Below, one piece after another: positions 1 to 9,467 of a stretch of 64,000 nucleotides of DNA (positions within the stretch are counted from its first letter, which is position 1; each line of letters begins with the position of its first letter). Under the pieces are notes generated by a model. The model was not told the DNA's origin. It did no database searches and saw nothing but the letters and a program-made list of their open reading frames with translations. The stretch is from an uncultured Candidatus Binatia bacterium (GTDB taxonomy: Bacteria; Desulfobacterota; Binatia; UBA9968; JAJDTQ01), in assembly GCA_965213675.1 (NCBI GenBank), contig OZ243916.1, forward strand, positions 2,176,001 through 2,240,000. Direction: 5' to 3'. A program made the translations under genes and the position numbers.

Positions 1-1254
1 CCACTTGGTCCCATCCCTGGCAATCGGCGAAGGGGCTTCCAAGGAAAGGATCTGCAACGTCTTCTGTATACGACCATTGCTGATGTTGACTGCTTCCTCA
101 ATTTGCGGAACCGACAAACCGTCAGGTTCCCGCTCAAGGGCATCCAGGATCTCTAGAACTTCAGCACGCGTCGGAAAAGCACTATTGATGAAGTAGTTCG
201 TGATCCCGGTTTCTTCCTCCCCGCTCAACAACACGCCATACGCCGCATCGAGGGCCCTCCCCGCGCGACCAACCTGCTGATAGTACGCCACTGCGGACCC
301 TGGCGTCTGGTAGTGAATGACGAATGCCAGATCCGGTTTGTCAAAGCCCATGCCCAAGGCTGTGGTGGCCACAAGCGCCTTTATCCTGTTTTGGAGTAGA
401 GCTTCTTCCAGGCTGGGCCGCTGATCCGTTTCACTCGTATAGGCAGGTATGTCCAGACCGCGAGAACGGAGCCACTCACTGACCTGTTCCGCATCCCGGA
501 CCGTTAGCGTATAGATGATCCCGTGACCCGGAAGAACGCGCAATTGTTGATCCAACCACGCAAGCCGCTCCGCCTGACTCAGCAACCGAATCGTCTGAAG
601 ATCGAGGGAAGGTCGGTTGAGATCGCCACGGGAAATTTTCAAGTCTGGCCCGAGCACTTCCGTCAAATCATCAATCACCCGGTTGTTTGCCGTAGCGGTA
701 GTCGCCAGCAAGCGAAGATTCGCCGGCAAGGTGCGCACGATGCGTTCGACCAGCCGGTAATGGGGGCGGAAGTCGTGGCCCCAGTCCGAGATGCAATGCG
801 CCTCATCTATCACCAGCAGTGCAATACGATCTGCAATCTTCCCGAGCACCTCGGCACGGAAGCGTTCATTGGCCAACCTTTCGGGTGAGATGAGCAGGAT
901 ATCCACCTCGTCCCGATGGACAGCGTTTTCGACCTGGCCCCAATGGTCCTGATTGTCGGAATGAATTGTCTCGGCGCGAACCCCCATCCGCTCAGCCGCG
1001 GCGATCTGATTTCGCATAAGCGCCAGTAGCGGACTAACGAGAAGCGCAGGACCCATACCCTGTTCGCGGAGCAGCTTCGTTGCAATGAGATAGACAAAGC
1101 TCTTGCCCCACCCCGTCTTTTACACGACCAACAACCGGCCGGTCCCGTCCACGACATGCTGGATAGCCTCTTCCTGGCCCTCGCGAAACTCTGCGTCAAA
1201 CTTACCGGAACCCAATCGCAGCAGTTTCAGAGCAGCATCTGGCTGATAGATCAT
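1..1254 (-). pseudogene. RecQ-family (RqlH-like) DNA helicase, 5' part, with in-frame TAA at codon 45; continues off the window edge
   Basis: Manual translation from ATG 1254: MIYQPDAALKLLRLGSGKFDAEFREGQEEAIQHVVDGTGRLLVV*KTGWGKSFVY...SPLLALMRNQ...ISPERL...IDEAHCISDWGHDFRP. TAA at 1120-1122 lies just before Walker A. Not in the ORF track. Confidence 0.85.
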
Positions 1255-1374
1255 GCCTCAAGCTCTCCCTTGTCGTTAGCCAGATTACCAATCGAAGCGA
1301 CGCCGTTGCTCGTCGTAGATTTCCGACTCGACCTAGCTTCTTTGGAGGTCCCGGGCTTCTTCGAATATGACCGA

Positions 1375-1776
1375 TCATCGACGACCCGTTGGCACGACAA
1401 TCTCACACACCGGACCCGTGGCGCGACCGAGCTTCCGGTCGAGGGTCGCCAGCGGGCAACCCAGCGCTTCGGCCAATGCGAGGTACCAGGCGTCGTAAGC
1501 TGTCAGGTTGCTCCGCAAGGCCCATACGCGATCGGCAAACGGCGCGAACGGGAACAGGGCCAGCTCAAGCCGCACCAAGTCCCGGTGTCCGCTGTTGGCC
1601 TCCAGCCGCGAGATCTCGCCGGACCGTTCCAGCCGCCGCAGGATGTTGGTCGCCTCGACCAGCGCCAACTCGGGGGCCGCCAAGGGCCCCTCGGCCACAA
1701 CCGATTCCGCCCACCGTCCCTTGTGTCCCGAGTCCACCAGCGCCGCGACCAGCACGGATGCGTCAAGGACGATCAC
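1375..1776 (-). CDS. vapC: PIN-domain (VapC-family) toxin
   Basis: 133 aa; IVLDAS start, LTAYDAWYLALAE and LATLDRKL PIN motifs; 4-bp overlap with the upstream antitoxin. Confidence 0.9.
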   Translation of the reverse strand: MIVLDASVLVAALVDSGHKGRWAESVVAEGPLAAPELALVEATNILRRLERSGEISRLEANSGHRDLVRLELALFPFAPFADRVWALRSNLTAYDAWYLALAEALGCPLATLDRKLGRATGPVCEIVVPTGRR

Positions 1777-2009
1777 GTCCGGTCCGCGTCACGGGCGCGC
1801 AGGATGCCGGCAGGTCCGACGCGCGAGCCTGCCGCTTCCTTGCGCTCACGGACGCCCTGCAGCCACGCGTCGAGGGAGGGCCGGGACGCGATGCGCTCCA
1901 GCTCGCAACGGAGATATTCCTGCATGGATTGCCGCTGCGACGCCGCCCGCACCGCGAGTTCGTCGCGCACATGCTCCGGAACGCCTCGAATGGTAATCTG
2001 TACCGGCAT
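1773..2009 (-). CDS. FitA/VapB-like ribbon-helix-helix antitoxin
   Basis: 78 aa, MPVQITIRGVPEHVRDELAVRAASQRQSMQEYLR is an RHH pattern; directly upstream of the PIN gene. Confidence 0.85.
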   Translation of the reverse strand: MPVQITIRGVPEHVRDELAVRAASQRQSMQEYLRCELERIASRPSLDAWLQGVRERKEAAGSRVGPAGILRARDADRT

Positions 2010-2238
2010 GACCGCATTCTGACATCAGTGACAGCAAACAGCAAGCAACATGCGGCATGAGTATCCCGGGGCGGAGCGGCGCGGCCGAAGATGGCCGGAA
2101 GGCCATGCCTGAAATTGCCGAGACCCGCGATAGTTGCTAGGTTACAGGAAACATCGTGATGCTAGCCTAATTGTGATGCTAGCCTGTTAGATGTCGGTTG
2201 TACCCATTCCAGCCGTGTCAGGCACAGGAGGTTTTGCC

Positions 2239-3303
2239 ATGTCCGTGATCGATGCCGATACCCATGTCGATGAGTCCGATGCCACTTGGGCCGCGTTGGA
2301 GGGGACACCGTATGCGAAGTACATGCCGGTGACGGTCCACATGTCCGACGACGAGGCGGATCGGGCCGGCTTCAACAGCACCACGCGGCGCAGTTGGGTG
2401 GTGGAGGGCCGGCTTCAGAATCGCGCGGTGCGGGACGAGATCAACCATCCGCCGCGGGTGCGGCGGGAGCTGGACGACGTGGAGGGGCGGCTGGCGCACA
2501 TGGACGAGATGGGCGTGGACATTCAGGTCATCTTCCCGACCTTCTTCATCCGCCACAACACCCAGAACGCCGAGGCCGAGTGGGCGCTGGCCACCACCTA
2601 CAACCGCTGGCTGGCCGAGAAGTGCGCGCCCACCCACGGGCGGCTGCAATGGGCCGCGGTGCTGCCGTGGCTGAACACGGAAATGAGCATCGAGGAGCTG
2701 CGCTGGGCCAAGGAACACGGCGCCTGCGGAGTCTTCAAGCGCGGCTTCGACATCGGCCGCAAGGTCACCGACCCGCACTTCTTCCCGGTGTACGAGGAGG
2801 CCAACCGCCTGGACATGCCGCTGTGCTTCCACACGGGCCACCCGCTGCCGTCGCGCGAGTGGGACCGGGGCTTCCCCATCATGTACGCCTTCGCCGAACT
2901 GGTGACCTCCAAGGTGCCGGAGATGTTCCCCAACCTGCGTTTCGGGTTCATCGAATCCGGGGCGTCGTGGATCCCCTACGTAATGTCGCAACTCGGGGCC
3001 ACCAAGCGCGCGGCGCTCCGTGGCACGGGAACCACCCTGCCGCAACTGCACGATCTCGACCCCGACATCTTCCGCAAGAACCGCACCTACATCACCATCG
3101 ACCCCATCGACGATGTCGAGGCGCTCCTGAAGTTCCACACCGAGGACAACCTGATCATCGGCACGGACTACAGCCACACCGACATCTCGGCCAACCTGAG
3201 CGGGCTCAACGAAGTGCACAACTGGGTGGACGAGGGGCGGATCAACAACGAGCAGGCCGAGAAGATCCTGAATACCAATTCGCGGGTGTTCTACGGGTTG
3301 TAG
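2239..3303 (+). CDS. Amidohydrolase_2 family protein
   Basis: IDADTH, FHTG, FIESGASW and IGTDYSH motifs; ATG 2239 follows AGGAGG. Confidence 0.85.
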   Translation: MSVIDADTHVDESDATWAALEGTPYAKYMPVTVHMSDDEADRAGFNSTTRRSWVVEGRLQNRAVRDEINHPPRVRRELDDVEGRLAHMDEMGVDIQVIFPTFFIRHNTQNAEAEWALATTYNRWLAEKCAPTHGRLQWAAVLPWLNTEMSIEELRWAKEHGACGVFKRGFDIGRKVTDPHFFPVYEEANRLDMPLCFHTGHPLPSREWDRGFPIMYAFAELVTSKVPEMFPNLRFGFIESGASWIPYVMSQLGATKRAALRGTGTTLPQLHDLDPDIFRKNRTYITIDPIDDVEALLKFHTEDNLIIGTDYSHTDISANLSGLNEVHNWVDEGRINNEQAEKILNTNSRVFYGL

Positions 3304-3333
3304 GGCCGCCGACACATCCGGCGGTGCAGACTC

Positions 3334-4230
3334 CTAGAACTCCATCAGGTCCTCGGCAACCACCACCTCGCCCGAGTAGTGCTTCCTCACCTCCTCGGCC
3401 CAGGGCTCGTAGTCGTCGGTGCCGACGCGGCGGGTGAAGTGGGACAGCACCACCTTCCTGACGGCTGCCTGCGTCGCCAGCTTGCCGATGTTCTCCAGGC
3501 CCATGTGCCCTTGGGTGGCCTGGCGCATGATGCCTTCCTGCTCGACCGTGCTCATGGCCTGCCAGCGGCCGTCCCGGATCATTGCGTTCCTGCGTTCGTC
3601 ACATGAGGAAGTTTCCGTAACCAGCACGTCCGCATCCTTGGCCAGCGCGGTGACGGCGGCGCTGGCGCCGGTGTCGCCGGTGAACATGATGACCCGGTCC
3701 GGGGTCTCGAAGCGATAGGAGTAGGACTTGTAGCGGCCCGCCTTGTCGCCCCGGTGGAAGCTGAAGTGGGTGTTCTCGACGGCGGTCACGCGCACGTTGT
3801 CGTCCTGGTAGACCTCGCCGATGCCCACGTCGTGCCCGAAGAACACCTTGTCCAGCGGCACGCTCCGGCCGCCGTCGGCGATACGGATGTCGGCGCTGAT
3901 GCTACAGTACTTCACCGTGGCGTCCACCAACTCCTCGGTCCGGGGCGGTCCGTAGACGTTGATGGGTTCGGTACGCTGGCCGTCCCAAGCCAGGGACATG
4001 AGGGTGCCGAGACCCGCCGTGTGGTCGTCGTGATGGTGGGTCAGAAAGATGATCCCCACCTTGCGCACGTCCGCGCCGGCCCGGGCCATGCGCCGCGCCA
4101 CCCCGTCGCCGGCGTCCACCACGTAGTAGGTGCCGTTGACGGTGAGCAGGTGCGAGGTCTGCGCCCGCCGGGGGGTCAATGACGGTCCACCGGATGTCCC
4201 CAGGGTGATGAGTGAGGATGGCGTCTTCAT
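3334..4230 (-). CDS. Metallo-beta-lactamase-fold hydrolase (RNase Z/arylsulfatase-like)
   Basis: LGTSGGP, VDAGDG, THHHDDH (HxHxDH), FTGDT, LSHF motifs. Confidence 0.85.
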   Translation of the reverse strand: MKTPSSLITLGTSGGPSLTPRRAQTSHLLTVNGTYYVVDAGDGVARRMARAGADVRKVGIIFLTHHHDDHTAGLGTLMSLAWDGQRTEPINVYGPPRTEELVDATVKYCSISADIRIADGGRSVPLDKVFFGHDVGIGEVYQDDNVRVTAVENTHFSFHRGDKAGRYKSYSYRFETPDRVIMFTGDTGASAAVTALAKDADVLVTETSSCDERRNAMIRDGRWQAMSTVEQEGIMRQATQGHMGLENIGKLATQAAVRKVVLSHFTRRVGTDDYEPWAEEVRKHYSGEVVVAEDLMEF

Positions 4231-4241
4231 GAGGTGCTCCT

Positions 4242-5075
4242 TCAGTCGGTGCCGAGCCGTTTCTCGCCAGCGACGAGGCCGAAGTGGAAGCCGCCACTGA
4301 GGTGAACCCCATCGCCGGTCTTGTCGTAACGAAAGTATCTCTCCTGGAAGCGCGCCTTCAACTCCGGCGGCCTCCGTTCCAGCTCGTCTATTACCTCGAT
4401 CCAGTGCCGGCCGGTGGGAATGCCGTCGGTGCCGTCCTGATCCACGGGGTAGGTGTGGAGATCGTCGCGCACCACCTCCATGCCGCCGTCGGCCATGAGG
4501 CGCCGGATCTCTTCCTGCGCGAAAAAGCGGAATCCGGCGCCGTGGGAGCGCTGGAAGACCTCGTTGATGAGGCTGTTGACGGCCGCGTCGAGCGCGTCGT
4601 CCGCCGCCGCGATGATCGGATCGAGGATGAAAAGGCGGCCGCCCGGCTTGAGCACACGCCTCGCCTCCCGCAGCATGTCCGTGGCGCTAACGAAGTGATG
4701 CAGGCTGAAGGCGACCCACGCGCAGTCGAAGATGCCGCCCTTCAGCGGCATGCGCTCGGCCGTGGCGGCGATCCGGCCGTAGCGGGGAATGGGGTCCGCG
4801 TCCGGTTCGCGCGACACCCGCAGCATGGCCAGCGCCGGGTCGATGCCGACCACGCTCCCATCAGCCAGGTTTCCGGAAACCGGCCGGGCGAAGCGGCCCG
4901 TCCCGGTGGCCACGTCGAGCACGGTCTCGTCGCCGCGCAGCGCCATGGCCTCGATAAGGCGCTCCTCCAATTGTCCGCGGATATCGGACACGGCCGCCTT
5001 TCTGTCGAACGCCGCCGCGTGCGCAGGATCGTGAAACTGCGCGTTGGCCGAGTGTGGATGTGAATGCTCGCTCAT
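4242..5075 (-). CDS. Class I SAM-dependent methyltransferase
   Basis: VLDVATGTG motif I, FSLHH, RVLKPGG; likely start MSEHSHPH (5075) or 5105, not the longer ORF-track start. Confidence 0.85.
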   Translation of the reverse strand: MSEHSHPHSANAQFHDPAHAAAFDRKAAVSDIRGQLEERLIEAMALRGDETVLDVATGTGRFARPVSGNLADGSVVGIDPALAMLRVSREPDADPIPRYGRIAATAERMPLKGGIFDCAWVAFSLHHFVSATDMLREARRVLKPGGRLFILDPIIAAADDALDAAVNSLINEVFQRSHGAGFRFFAQEEIRRLMADGGMEVVRDDLHTYPVDQDGTDGIPTGRHWIEVIDELERRPPELKARFQERYFRYDKTGDGVHLSGGFHFGLVAGEKRLGTD

Positions 5076-5122
5076 GGTGCCTTGCTCCTCCGACAGGTCC
5101 GTCATGCCGGCGTGGTGTCCGG

Positions 5123-5746
5123 CTAGTCGTCCGGCCCCCTGTGCGCGGTGGCCGACTCGTCGACCCAGTCGCCCTCGGTGTACGACAACCCGTCTTTCGC
5201 CGGAACCGTGCGCTCGCGACCGGCCCGATAGAAACGGCAACTCTTCGGACCATAGCAGAAAGTCTCGACCCTGTACCGTTGTCGCGAAGGGTTCCATTGA
5301 TCCAGTATGATGCCGACGGGCATCCGGCAACCCCACATGCACGTCGCGCACCGGCTTGCGTAGGTGCGCGGGCTTAACCGCCGGTGCCCGCGCTCGCGGT
5401 AGGTTTCCAGGTCCGGCGGCACGCCATGGAACGGCGGCGCAGCCGGCGCCTCCGCCTCGGCTTCCCGGAGGACCTTGAGCCGGCTCACCCGGTACCACCC
5501 CGCGGTTTCCGTATTCGGGTTGGCCACGGGCACCGCCACGCCGCTCGCTTCCATGCCGGCGCGAAACCGGTGCTTCGCGTGCGCCCCCCGGCCCACGGCG
5601 ATGGCGGCCTGCTCGCGCTCGCCGGCGCAAGTCCCGTCGACCCGCAGCACGTAGCCGTGATAGCTGTGGGAGCGCTCGTCGAGAGAACGCAGCAGCCGGA
5701 CCCGGGGCTGCACGGAGACGATGATGCCGGACCAGGGTGCGTTCAT
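5123..5746 (-). CDS. Hypothetical protein with C-terminal Cys cluster
   Basis: ATG 5746 follows GGAGG; protein-like sequence with CATCMWGC...CYGPKSC. Confidence 0.7.
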   Translation of the reverse strand: MNAPWSGIIVSVQPRVRLLRSLDERSHSYHGYVLRVDGTCAGEREQAAIAVGRGAHAKHRFRAGMEASGVAVPVANPNTETAGWYRVSRLKVLREAEAEAPAAPPFHGVPPDLETYRERGHRRLSPRTYASRCATCMWGCRMPVGIILDQWNPSRQRYRVETFCYGPKSCRFYRAGRERTVPAKDGLSYTEGDWVDESATAHRGPDD

Positions 5747-5777
5747 GCTTACCTCCCGGATCGTCGACTTCGCGCCA

Positions 5778-6938
5778 TCAAGGCGCCTCGGTGCCTTCGT
5801 TGAGGATGGAAAGATAACGGTCGTAGACAAACAACCGGTCACGCTGCCTGCCGGTAATCTCCCGGGCGATTCCCTGGTTCACGAGCAACTCCATGGCCGA
5901 CGCTACGGTGTGAAAGGTAAGCCCGGTATCGCGGCACGCCCCGGGCAGCGACAGGATCGGCCGGGACTTGAGTGCATCGTGGACACGCAACGCCGTCACC
6001 GCGCGCCGGCCTGCCGCTGTCCGGACCCGTTCCCGATCATCCTGGAACATCCGGGACAAACGTTGGGCGGCGCCGACCGCGCCATCGGCCGTCATTTTCA
6101 CGCCTTCGAGGAAGAAGTCAAGCCATGCTTCCCAGTCCCCGGTGAGGCGCACTCGGTTCAGGAGATCGTAGTAGGTGCTCCGGTGTTGCTTCAGGAAAAG
6201 ACTGAGGTACAGGAGCGGCTGGCGCAGCACGCCGGCCTGGCACAGCAGCAGGGTGACCAGCAACCGCCCCACGCGCCCGTTGCCGTCCAGAAACGGGTGA
6301 ATGGTTTCAAACTGGACGTGCGCAAGCGCGGCGCGCAGGAGCACCGGCAACTCCTCGGCGTAAAGAAAACCTTCAAGCGCCGCCATGCAGCCGGGCACGG
6401 CGGTGTGTGGCGGCGGCACAAAGGCAGCGTTGCCCGGCCGCGAGCCGCCGATCCAATTCTGTGAACGGCGAAACTCACCGGGCGTCTTGGAGAGATTCCG
6501 GTCCCCGGACAACAGCACAGCGTGGACCTCGCGGATGAGGCGATTCGACAGCGGAAACTGTTCTCCAAGACGCCGCAAACCATGGTGGAGCGCCGCCACG
6601 TAGTTCGAGACCTCGGCCGCGTCGTCGACCGGTACTCCCGGCGCGTCCTCCAATTCGAAGAGAAGAAGATCCGAGAACGACGATTGCGTACCCTCGATTT
6701 GGGACGAGAGCACCGCTTCCTTGCGGACGTAGGCGTAGAGGAAAAGCGCGTGGTCCGGCAACAGCGTCGCCACACCATCGAGGCGGCCGAGAGCCAGGAC
6801 AGCCGATTCCACGGCCTGTTGCAAGGCACCGTCCAGGACCAAAGCGGGTTTGGGCGGCAGCGGCGCCGGCACGAAAGCACGAACGCGCTCCTCGCCGACA
6901 CGAGTCACCTCATAACTGCCGCATTCTCCGCGCTGCAT
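5778..6938 (-). CDS. Fic family protein (N-terminal DUF4172-like, C-terminal HTH)
   Basis: Canonical HPFLDGNGRVGR Fic motif; EAVLSSQIEG. Confidence 0.92.
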   Translation of the reverse strand: MQRGECGSYEVTRVGEERVRAFVPAPLPPKPALVLDGALQQAVESAVLALGRLDGVATLLPDHALFLYAYVRKEAVLSSQIEGTQSSFSDLLLFELEDAPGVPVDDAAEVSNYVAALHHGLRRLGEQFPLSNRLIREVHAVLLSGDRNLSKTPGEFRRSQNWIGGSRPGNAAFVPPPHTAVPGCMAALEGFLYAEELPVLLRAALAHVQFETIHPFLDGNGRVGRLLVTLLLCQAGVLRQPLLYLSLFLKQHRSTYYDLLNRVRLTGDWEAWLDFFLEGVKMTADGAVGAAQRLSRMFQDDRERVRTAAGRRAVTALRVHDALKSRPILSLPGACRDTGLTFHTVASAMELLVNQGIAREITGRQRDRLFVYDRYLSILNEGTEAP

Positions 6939-6980
6939 GGCCGGACTTCCCTATTGAAGGATATTGCAATAACGCCGCTC

Positions 6981-7013
6981 GCTATTGTAATTAGCACACT
7001 AATTTACAATAGC
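6981..7013. promoter_or_regulatory. Inverted repeat upstream of fic, probable operator
   Basis: GCTATTGTAA-N13-TTACAATAGC, perfect 10-bp arms in an AT-rich gap. Confidence 0.55.
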
Positions 7014-7041
7014 TGGACGCCTCTTACAATGTGCTTGCCAC

Positions 7042-8055
7042 CTACGGCAACGGGCACTCCGGCGTCAGCCGCTTCAACTCGGGGATGACCTCCTCGCCGA
7101 AGCGCTGGATGGTTTCGAGGGTGACGGCGGACTCCATGCCGGGCCAGTCCACCATGAACCACATGATCTCGGCGCCGAATTCCTGGTGGTAGGAGAGCAC
7201 CTGCTCGGCCACCTCGGCCGGACTGCCGAGGACCAGGCGGTCCTGCTGCAACTGCTCGAACGGAAGGTCGTAGCGCTCCCCCGGCTGGCCCCAGCGCTGG
7301 TAGCGTTCGTAGCGCCGCTCGTAGCCCTCGCGGATTCGGTCTTCGGCCTCCTTGCGGCTGTCGGCGACGCAGAGGTCGCGGAAGATGTAGAGGCCCTCGA
7401 AGGGGCGGCCCTGGGCCTCCAGGGCGCGCTTGTACGCGGGCACGGCCTCGCGCAGGAAGGTCTTGGTGTGACGGCGGCTGGCGATCCAGTGGTCGGCCAC
7501 CTCCGGCACGCGGGTGACGGTGGGCAAGGTGTCGGCCCCCAGCAGGATGGGCGGCCGGGGTTTCCGGATCGGCTTGGGCTCGATGGTGACGCCGTCGATC
7601 CGGTAGAACCGGCCCTGGTGATGCACCTCGTCTTCGGTCCACAACCGCTTCACCACCTCGATCCCCTCCTCCAGCCGGGGGCGCTTCTCGCGCAGGGGCA
7701 TGCCCATGGAGGTGAACTCGACGTCGCGGTAGCCCTGGCCGATGCCGAACAGGAACCTGCCGTCGCACAGGTTGTCGATGGTGGCGGTGTACTCCGCCAC
7801 CATCAGAGGCTGGTGCATGGGCAGCAGGAATATCGCCGTGCCCAGGTACATGCCGGGGGTCAGGCCCGCGAAGTACGACAGCAACGGCAGGGATTGGAGC
7901 ATGGCCGCGTCCGGTCCCGTGGAGTAGTGCTGCGCCACGAAGAGCGCCTCGTAGTTGCTGGCGTGGGCCACCCGAGCCCGTTCCGTGAAGTCGCGGCAGA
8001 CGCCGGCCCGGTCCAGGTCCGAGGGGTAGCTGCCGAACGCGATGCCAAAACGCAT
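7042..8055 (-). CDS. Luciferase-like (LLM class) flavin-dependent oxidoreductase
   Basis: FVAQHY, LGTAIFLLP, GRFLFGIGQGYR, PRPPILLG, GSPAEV. Confidence 0.9.
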   Translation of the reverse strand: MRFGIAFGSYPSDLDRAGVCRDFTERARVAHASNYEALFVAQHYSTGPDAAMLQSLPLLSYFAGLTPGMYLGTAIFLLPMHQPLMVAEYTATIDNLCDGRFLFGIGQGYRDVEFTSMGMPLREKRPRLEEGIEVVKRLWTEDEVHHQGRFYRIDGVTIEPKPIRKPRPPILLGADTLPTVTRVPEVADHWIASRRHTKTFLREAVPAYKRALEAQGRPFEGLYIFRDLCVADSRKEAEDRIREGYERRYERYQRWGQPGERYDLPFEQLQQDRLVLGSPAEVAEQVLSYHQEFGAEIMWFMVDWPGMESAVTLETIQRFGEEVIPELKRLTPECPLP

Positions 8056-8167
8056 GATGAAACCTCCTGACCTCCTGTTGTGGTGGATTGTGGTGGAGAT
8101 ACCCGACTTGACCCGTTAGCGCCATAGAGCGAGTGACTGATCTCAATCCTGCTCGAGTAGCGCGACG

Positions 8168-9391
8168 CTACAGGTCGGCGAAGGGAAGCGCGGTCACGCC
8201 GGAACCGAGGGGCAAGCGTATGTCACCGGGGTGCACCACGTAGCCGGGCATCGCGGTGCTGCCAATGTCTCCCTGCAGCGTCCTGATGGCACTGGCCATT
8301 GCCGGCCGCGGGGTCGCGGAAAGCTTTACCTCGATGGGGACGAGTCCACCGCTGGTCTCGACCACGAAGTCCACTTCCGTGCCCGCCACGGTCCGCCAGA
8401 AGTAGACTCGCGGCTCCATCCCCCGATGCGTCAGAGTCCGCACGATCTCGGACAGCACGGCCGTCTCCATGATTGCGCCGCCCATGGGGCCGGAGGCAGC
8501 ATGTTCGGGGTCCTTGAGACCTGCGAGATGGCACAGCGTGCCGACGTCGGCAAAGTACACCTTCGGGGTCTTGACGAACCGCTTTCCGACGTTGGCGAAA
8601 TAGGGGCGCAGCACGATCACCTGGTAGGTGGCCTCGAGCACGGACAGCCAAGCCTTGATCGAATTGACCGCCACCCCGAGGTCTCGAGCGACGTCGGCAA
8701 GATTCAGGAGTTGGGCGCTTCGGGCCGCCAGCAGGCGGAGAAAATTCTGATACTGGGTCAGGTCTCCCACCTGCCGGACGGTACGCACGTCCCGTTCAAG
8801 ATAGGTCTGGATGTAGCTGGCATGCCAGAGGGAGGCGTCCCGACCGGAGTCTACGGCGAGTTCCGGGTATCCGCCCCGAAGGAAGCGCTTCCACAGTTCG
8901 CCAAATCCATGTGGCGTTCTCGAAGACGGCGGACGCTTGCGTTCCCAAGCAAAGACGGTCCCAGGCCGTCCCTCGGCTTCCCGCCTCGACAACGGCAACA
9001 GGCGGAGCATAGCCGCGCGGCCCGCCAGCGATTCGGTCACCTTCTCGGCAAGCAATAGATTCTGTGAGCCGGTCAGAAGATATTGACCGTTCGTGTCGCG
9101 GTTCGCATCGATCTTCTCCTTGATGTAGGGAAGCAGTTCGGGCGCGTACTGCACCTCGTCAAGGACCACCGGTGCCGGATACAGTTCCAGAAACCCGCGC
9201 GGGTCATTCACGGCGGCCGCACGAACGTCCGGATGCTCCAGGGACACGTACCCGTAACGCCTACCAAAGAGATGTTGCAGCAGGGTTGTCTTGCCGGACT
9301 GGCGCGGCCCCGTCAGGACGACGGCGGGAAACTCCGCGGCCGCCTTCCTGAGAACGGGTTCGAGCGAGCGTTTGAGGTACGGCGAGCCCAT
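8168..9391 (-). CDS. AAA_14 ATPase with DUF4143 C-terminal domain
   Basis: GPRQSGKTT, LDEVQ, TGSQ, GGYP, KTPKVYFAD, EVDF..PIEVK. Confidence 0.9.
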   Translation of the reverse strand: MGSPYLKRSLEPVLRKAAAEFPAVVLTGPRQSGKTTLLQHLFGRRYGYVSLEHPDVRAAAVNDPRGFLELYPAPVVLDEVQYAPELLPYIKEKIDANRDTNGQYLLTGSQNLLLAEKVTESLAGRAAMLRLLPLSRREAEGRPGTVFAWERKRPPSSRTPHGFGELWKRFLRGGYPELAVDSGRDASLWHASYIQTYLERDVRTVRQVGDLTQYQNFLRLLAARSAQLLNLADVARDLGVAVNSIKAWLSVLEATYQVIVLRPYFANVGKRFVKTPKVYFADVGTLCHLAGLKDPEHAASGPMGGAIMETAVLSEIVRTLTHRGMEPRVYFWRTVAGTEVDFVVETSGGLVPIEVKLSATPRPAMASAIRTLQGDIGSTAMPGYVVHPGDIRLPLGSGVTALPFADL

Positions 9392-9398
9392 GGTGAAT

Positions 9399-9421
9399 AT
9401 TATGCATTCTTAGTGCATAAT
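9399..9421. promoter_or_regulatory. Inverted repeat overlapping the probable promoter of the AAA ATPase gene
   Basis: ATTATGCA-N7-TGCATAAT, lying between a minus-strand TTGAAA and the start codon. Confidence 0.55.
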
Positions 9422-9467
9422 TTCAATCCATCCGATCTACCTCCGTCCCACGGACGCCTCACGAAAC

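Noticed and set aside
1120-1122. Programmed recoding of the helicase stop
   Set aside because: TAA is rarely recoded and other genes here use TAA as a normal stop.
4242-5630. N-terminally extended ORF-track versions of the methyltransferase, and likewise purM, tsaE, LLM, mnmA and pgeF
   Set aside because: The extensions overlap neighbouring genes or repeats; internal starts with RBS fit the family lengths.
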